DNA of 64,000 nt from Hormiphora californensis (lineage: Eukaryota; Animalia; Ctenophora). The notes below the pieces were generated by a model. It saw only the letters and a program-made list of their open reading frames with translations. It was not told where the DNA came from and made no database searches. The translations under genes were made by a program, and so were the position numbers. Below, one piece after another: positions 61,101 to 64,000 of the stretch; position 1 is the stretch's first letter, and the number at the start of each line of letters is the position of its first letter. Location of the stretch: positions 6,319,404 to 6,383,403 of the forward strand of contig CM035362.1 in assembly GCA_020137815.1 (NCBI GenBank), written 5' to 3'.

Positions 61101-63508
61101 AATGTGGTGCTCCTTTATCAAATTATTTATGCTTGGAAATTTCTTGGAAATTGTGTTGAAAGCTTCAGATTTTATTTTGTAAAACTCACATACCTTGTGT
61201 TTTTAAGCTGTCAGTTTCCCGTGGCGACTCTAGCGGCCCTGAAATCAGTTATCAAACTTAAAGGTCTCCGGAGAAACGACGATAGAAACATTTAAAGGTC
61301 GTATATATCCTGTCTGGCGCCGCGACCCATCTGAGAATCAAATGGGGTATGGCGCCGCCATACAGTATATATCAAGTAATAATATAGTAAGCTGTACCAT
61401 ACCAATCTATACCACTCCTGTTATAGCTCTAGGGACTAGGGTCTACCGCACCAAATGAACTCACAGTTGCTACGATGCACTCACGGTTGCTAAGGGTGAT
61501 TGTTAGTCGCCTATTTCCCTCCTCTCGAAACAGAACTGACATGTAATATACCATAATGACAACTGAAAAAGAGAATGTTATTGTCATTTTGGAAGTTATG
61601 TAGCCTTGATTGACTCTCCCTTACCACACCTCGGTTTAAGGGGAAAAACAGTCGTGCCTGAACCTTTTCCCCCTGAAGGAGGGTCAGAAAATAGTTTTTG
61701 CTTTTTTCTGATACAGCAGCTCATTGGAAAATAAAAGAAACAAAGTTCACATCCAATCAGAGCTCTCCATTTAGATCACATTACCAAATGGTGGGCCCTG
61801 ATTGGCTAACTGTTACCTATGGGAACGGCGATGTAGACGAGAGCAGTGAATCCCAGTGATGTCCAGGATCTGAACACAAATCTCTCAAAGCAGCCCCCTC
61901 GGACAGGATCATATCCGTATTCATCTCGCGGGTTCAGACAAATAACATCCTCGTCTTGGGGGATGTTGCCACCACCTACAAATACTTGGGTTTATATCCA
62001 CTCTATGTAAGCAAAATCTATTTATTCACAATATTATGTTGAGTAGTAGTAGGTCAGTTTCGACCCCCGTGAAATAGCTCAAGCATCGACATTCTGAAAT
62101 GTACACAATCTCAGCTTTCCAATGCGCACACGCTCATGCTTCAACTCCATCGGGAACCGCTGCCAAAATTGTTGGTTGTTTTAAGTTTTTACGTGACACA
62201 CAATTACACACAGCAGCAAGTGATATACTCACTGTGTATTTATCTACCTGGTTCATTCTCCAGATCCTGGTTGTCATGGTGGTGATCAGCACACAACACA
62301 GATAAGAAGGGGTAAAGTTGGGGAATCAATGACACAGTCCATCCAGACAGTGCAACCTTCTTACTGAGCGATACCGCCAGCAGTTTCCTGATATCTGCAG
62401 GAAGTTGTTTAGAGGTATTTTAGTTTTAGTTTAGGGTTTGGGACAAGAACTATAGAAGGCCAATGCTCTGACAGATAGAACATATTTTATGGTTCAAAAA
62501 GTAGGGTAAACCGGGGCAATTCGAGCAACCGGGGCAATTCGAACATAGTACTGCCCGTCTCTCACCTAGTTAAGCTATCATAATGACGTCATCCTATCTC
62601 CAGAAGAAAACTGCTCGTTCGAGCCTGCCCGTTACCACTAAATAGGCTCTAGATCCGGTTTAAGTTGGTCAATTTCCGATTTGAAAAAACCAGCTGAAAG
62701 CTAATAATATCAGCTTTCAGATGGTATAAAAATTATTTAAATATTCGCATGTTTTCATTCCAAATTCTGGTAAATTAAGATTACCGGGGCAATTCGAACA
62801 ACCGGGGCAATTCGAACATGGGCAATTTGGTTAACACACCGGGGCAATTTGGTTAACTCCCGGGCCAATGATGTGCAGTTCTTTGTACCACGTGATCACG
62901 CGTGATACCGGGGCAATTCGAGCAAGAACGACCAGCGTGTAGATTGCGTGTAGATTACATTGTTCGAATTGCCCCCACCTCTAACAACACCAGGCGGGAA
63001 TCTTCTTCTGGTGTTGTGAGGACGTTCACGTGACTCCCACGTGACGAAATAAAGCACTCCTATTGGTGATGCTCGAATTGCCCCGGTACCAATTTTTCCG
63101 ACCAAAATTTTTCAATTAGTTATTTAGTTAAGTAAATGATGGTCCCTATAGTTGAAATTTATCTTATTTGAAAGATAAAATAATGAACTTTTATCCTATA
63201 TAATTTTTTTCATTGTATCTTTTTTTAAATGGGAGTGAGAACCGATTAAGTAAAAAGTTAACCATTTTGCCCCGGTTTACCCTAAGTTGTAATAAGTAAG
63301 AACTTTATAATTGCAGTATATACCTGAGTAATAGTAGTAATAAAGTACCTGAGTATTAACAGTATAGTAATAGTATAGTAATAAAGTACCTGAGTATTTG
63401 TACACCAGGATATCCAGTATTATCAGGATGGTGTGAAGGGTGTAGAGGGTGGTTAGGTAGATACTGATAACACCCATACTGTAGCACCACAACCTACCCA
63501 ACTTCCAA
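31195..63508 (-). CDS. Rhodopsin-class (family A-like) GPCR, TM3 to C-tail; 5' exons lie beyond the window
   Basis: Phase-consistent exons 63508-63390 (WKLGRLWC...TLHTILIILD, ECL1/TM3), 62394-62248 (GWTVSLIP, TM4), 61975-61817 (ECL2 Cys, VYIAVP), 61562-61485 (VVIMVYY, TM5), 33301-33211 (LIGIYFLTMSP, TM6), 32460-32297 (SSLLVPLSY, NPxxY-like TM7), 32115-32034, 31914-31716, 31341-31195. No frameshift needed. Confidence 0.8.
32475..33013. repeat. 14/23-bp quasi-palindromic minisatellite in a GPCR intron
   Basis: attctggattccag and attctggactctgcag units; ctgga-t-tccag is self-complementary; ends ~13 nt from the acceptor at 32461. Confidence 0.93.
33319..38796 (+). mobile_element. Full-length L2-clade LINE (ORF1 with zinc knuckles; APE-RT ORF2, disrupted)
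   Basis: TSD gaggttattgt at 33308-33318 and 38797-38807; (ATT)n tail; ORF1 33510-34754 with CYHCQGFGH and CFCAGSH; ORF2 LNVRSL, QETF, LDMSAAFDTVDH, GVPQGSLLGP, YADD, SRIDYSN; frameshift ~35830, stop ~36869, RTE insertion. Confidence 0.95.
37250..38005 (-). mobile_element. 5'-truncated RTE-clade LINE fragment inserted in the L2 ORF2
   Basis: TSD gcctgtgtg at 37241-37249 and 38006-38014; removing it restores LNACV|RFIY; encodes GLHINGSKTKYM, FVYLGS, LYGSETW, GRP; short gtcaagtaagt tail. Confidence 0.93.
39070..61053 (+). CDS. EXD1/Egalitarian-like 3'-5' exonuclease (DEDDy-fold) domain protein, probably catalytically degenerate; nested antisense in the GPCR intron
   Basis: Phase-consistent exons 39070-39179, 59436-59512, 59772-59937, 60169-60247, 60427-61053; RLASLSV...CYIID...LLSHDGVEKVVFDSRDLVDCLERQYDLTLSCLLDLQ matches the pattern L.LLQI..YLFD..LLES..I.KV.HD.R.D..L..QY.I.L..VFDTQ. 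Confidence 0.72.
41473..44973 (-). CDS. LINE ORF2: APE endonuclease + reverse transcriptase + C-terminal Cys/His motif (1166 aa)
   Basis: SWNIHG, LQET, GDMNAR, VVDY, SDH; FIDFRKAFD, GTEQGHVTSP, WADD; KLRTSTHRLKIETGR..RICDDC..DEWHMLNEC. Confidence 0.95.
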   Translation of the reverse strand: MKSNSQGAPEANSCTLNIVSWNIHGIKDANLGPKTNCHEFLAQLGGSHVFLLQETKGSVEVDSYICHNKTRPNPRSGGLTIGVHSTIAAHTKLIKTDHEDLLALRISRKITGTGKDLTIINVYDSPPESSYKKKWAGTSEERDTLHDLSQLLLSLRQTEILIAGDMNARLSGLNTIPPTQHISDDILSSGDPSYKQLRTSKDTVCNDRGAKLLDCLSSAELTILNGCTIGDLTGQYTCHTYNGASVVDYIIASDSIRCSTRSLKVRPLLPLSDHCPIEVTLNTKTTLKSATAQRKFINLPDAPRQTKWKDTTAQLLKERQMKDSDAISGLIRTTCNCRDDVYTMNQKISDLLAAQLKSTEPAGDKKKKHKKRYTKSKWYDKECDILRFETNRLARAQGKGKTANPRIKDLYHQQKRLYRRTMRNKKSQLKQNLSSRILSSKTLNWDTIEELKQQFDQKEELSISHMTDFHSFFNQLYSKNQNEKTDTWKADIHTKINLQSDLESALNQPICTNDVEKAIKDLKRGKSPGIDGIPNELLKEACPNTIQLLTHLYNQCLEHGVYPWNTTVITPIHKKGPKHDPNNYRAIAVGSSLGRVFSAIYLERLVNFRKTHCPDPPNQQGFVKGAQTSDHLLTLHTAIQKGIQNKGRLYTCFIDFRKAFDGLNRDALLLKLLNLGVRGKFFNVLDHMYNNSKARLKLAQKLSDLIDIQIGTEQGHVTSPELFKCFLLDLSTILNDKDLESDPVALGTALVTHLLWADDLVLMSTSAKGLQKLLDALYRFCSDWDLTVNTEKTAIMVFNQAGRKLKESNSFLYGDSHIPSTKTYQYLGLTFSVNGNLREAQKQLRIKSMRSIFAIKRIVDIRSISKQAALKLFDALVAPVAGYASAIWLHETRFLKTSLNGKHVKTTSKDIWDDQTEKCQTSFLRWLLGLRKNTPLPPLYGDTDRVPLAVRNSKHLLDFHNRLCIMSNSLDNQSKLVVHAYNEQKRLQLPWYQSVLRTSEIFDSNAHHPQKTLLPNSQLVQARISDWFWTQWDDIRHSNRKLEFYNSVKTGHGFEDYLERRTAPDFIKLRTSTHRLKIETGRHNKTDRSERICDDCSSPESIPLLRALPFFDPIIQDEWHMLNECTRTKSARDRLTDQDRTSLRGHVFPSHINHHLSHLIHTIINP
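44963..48730 (-). CDS. LINE ORF1 with coiled coil and degenerate SGNH-esterase-like C-terminus (true start may be the Met at ~47635)
   Basis: Heptad-rich segment LSLERKMDS...LQELR; IVLHVGKED resembles SGNH block III (GxND); N-terminal part is a 45/27-bp tandem repeat (47690-48550). Confidence 0.75.
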   Translation of the reverse strand: MTAKRTRAARGAPTPAPAPNIPLADPPPSGRFCAHDVFNFSAPAFSAPTIATPSRLPSPHHSSSLRCSSPGSPLPLHTCSLRCSSPGSPLPHHTSSLRCSSPGSPLPHHTSSLRCSCPGSPLPLHTSSLRCSSPGSPLPHYTCSLRCSCPGSPLPHHTSSLRCSCPGSPLPHHTSSLRCSCPGSPLPHHTSSLRCSSPGSPLPLHTCSLRCSSPGSPLPLRCSCPGSPLPLHTCSLRCSCPGSPPPHHTSSLRCSSPGSPLPLHTCSLRCSFPGSPLPLRCSSPGSPLPLHTCSLRCSCPGSPLPHHTSSLRCSSPGSPLPLHTCSLRCSSPGSPLPLRCSSPGPPLRSLHLRPQPNTLLILLLLMVLPGLSFNVSWLSGSGKSHSSTFIDTEPVPEEQTTPTKAKPDAEFITPQATTPHLSNTTPQATTPRLSNRYLSRKRTCSEHSMDGSILDNIGQDTPSRNEPAYSQLDSRGPVYDPKTNTQILFKSTETDFLDTIDLLSIGRQISHDLMEIHGNNTLNSKCKLNIRTASNDCPKIYKDLISALLNTRQSIYPDIPGDDWNNLTIISTYSRENEVKFVTANDVLTIVHIGRSQTVQYKSKYNIVDAPLDKISALFINPKHRSSVKVITSSSSEESLDFHYWIVPTFRTPIQNPIPPAVEPESIGHTTDSARETTAQASDETNDPKPETRVTITPEEKDPDCATESTTTKEISPETSSEVATPDSPNQIIFEPDSKNFIKKELATNIITSASKKTLKKLCEAADHTFTDILDARMLLLKDLDSIFEETSRPSAKFCRAMLEQLTSTAVNLELDRLEIESSVNTVAFKRTLLVKHWCEDSESTPHTASQKPITAASLKKSSRKQQIKAPTNQQKVGESSEHTNGNRQEDVAKQPAQPESSKDIIIKLMEERLLSLERKMDSMSAAMVASDNGTELLLRESETKIKNLQKSVEDQQKLLQNQQLLINQLQTTTNNLNQALEKCTKDLQELRPTPSNHQPSYNSRRRQGSTRPDQSTTSSGNTTPNTISPHMRQPNAQPPTQRGTTTASGDLAPSKPKCFIAHGAEMDAFDRTLFSKSFDIETHKIASLEEAKTEPSNPSELQKAIRKHRPGAIVLHVGKEDILKKLKDKQPISAEIEILKSVVKGILQNTPSKICVSLPIPAPKLPSLDASIKNWNLQISRFITELRKNPAFTNRVFTINNARIGEHTTTQVATDSGIESIPTEHGGKKLWLNLREGLNRMTNPNHKRRPHNEE
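57003..57337. mobile_element. 335-bp palindromic MITE inserted in the satellite, 2-bp TSD (CT), CCC...GGG termini (CMC/EnSpm-like)
   Basis: cccccataaaaaagtcgcttggcaaattccctcgtcgctcgg... mirrored at the right end over most of its length; satellite gtctcct|actacc is split with CT duplicated. Confidence 0.92.
62504..63282. mobile_element. Non-autonomous DNA transposon with TA TSD (Tc1/mariner-pogo type)
   Basis: TIR gggtaaaccggggcaa / ttgccccggtttaccc flanked by TA; many internal accggggcaattcga sub-repeats in both orientations; no transposase ORF. Confidence 0.85.
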
Positions 63509-64000
63509 CTGGAGGGGGTGGGTGGAGGGGGTGGGTGGAGGGGTGGGTGGAGGGGTGGGTGGAGGGGTGGAGGGGTGTGTGAAGGGTGTAGAGGGTAGTT
63601 AGGTAGATACTGATAACACCCATACTGTAGCACCACAACCTACCCAACTTCCAACTGGAGGGGGTGGGGTGTGGAGGGGGTGGGTTGTGGGGTGGGTGGA
63701 GGGGTGGAGGGGTGTGTGAAGGGTGTAGAGGGTAGTTAGGTAGATACTGATAACACCCATACTGTAGCACCACAACCTACCCAACTTCCAACTGGGTGGA
63801 GGGGGTGGGTTGTGGGTGGGTTGTGTGTGGGTGGAGGGGTGTGTGAAGGTGTGTAGAGGTAGTTAGGTAGATACTGATAACACCCATACTGTAGCACCAC
63901 AACCTACCCAACTTCCAACTGGAGGGGTGGGGTGGAGGTGGGTTGTGGGGTGGTGGGAGGGGTGGAGGGGTGTGTGAAGGGTGTAGAGGGTAGTTAGGTT
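63432..64000 (-). repeat. ~137-bp tandem repeat (>=4 copies, runs off window) = acceptor + ~75 nt of the GPCR TM3 exon
   Basis: Minus strand ccctccag|ttggaagttgggtaggttgtggtgctacagtatgggtgttatcagtatctacctaactaccctctacacccttcacac repeated; only the copy at 63508 continues to the donor. Confidence 0.93.

Overview
Repeat-rich, intron-containing animal genomic DNA. It is probably a ctenophore (Pleurobrachia-like); this is recognition of the dispersed repeats and one domain family, not a database result. By hand-splicing GT-AG exons I reconstruct five host genes: (1) the 3' part of a VWC + 4xIg gene (+, 1-5771); (2) a PLAT-domain lipoxygenase (+, 7949-27807), whose last 2.9 kb is tandemly duplicated; (3) a small antisense gene nested in a lipoxygenase intron; (4) a rhodopsin-class GPCR (-, >63508 to 31195); (5) an EXD1/Egalitarian-like exonuclease-domain gene (+, 39070-61053) lying entirely inside a 28-kb GPCR intron. 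Mobile DNA includes a CR1 LINE, a full-length L2 LINE with a nested RTE fragment, an intact RTEX-like LINE inserted in a ~12-kb 45-bp satellite, and several MITEs. The most striking pattern is that about 12 exon-intron junctions in three unrelated genes are tandemly copied into the intron (2 to ~75 copies of splice site plus adjacent exon sequence). One such array is a stop-free in-frame (EACCPQCVTGK)x66 repeat with a donor site in every unit. Both plus-strand LINEs have an AUG-less ORF2 start with a canonical -1 slippery heptamer in the ORF1/ORF2 overlap. Local indel noise suggests assembly errors, so frameshifts are interpreted cautiously. Copy numbers marked ~ are estimates from array length.
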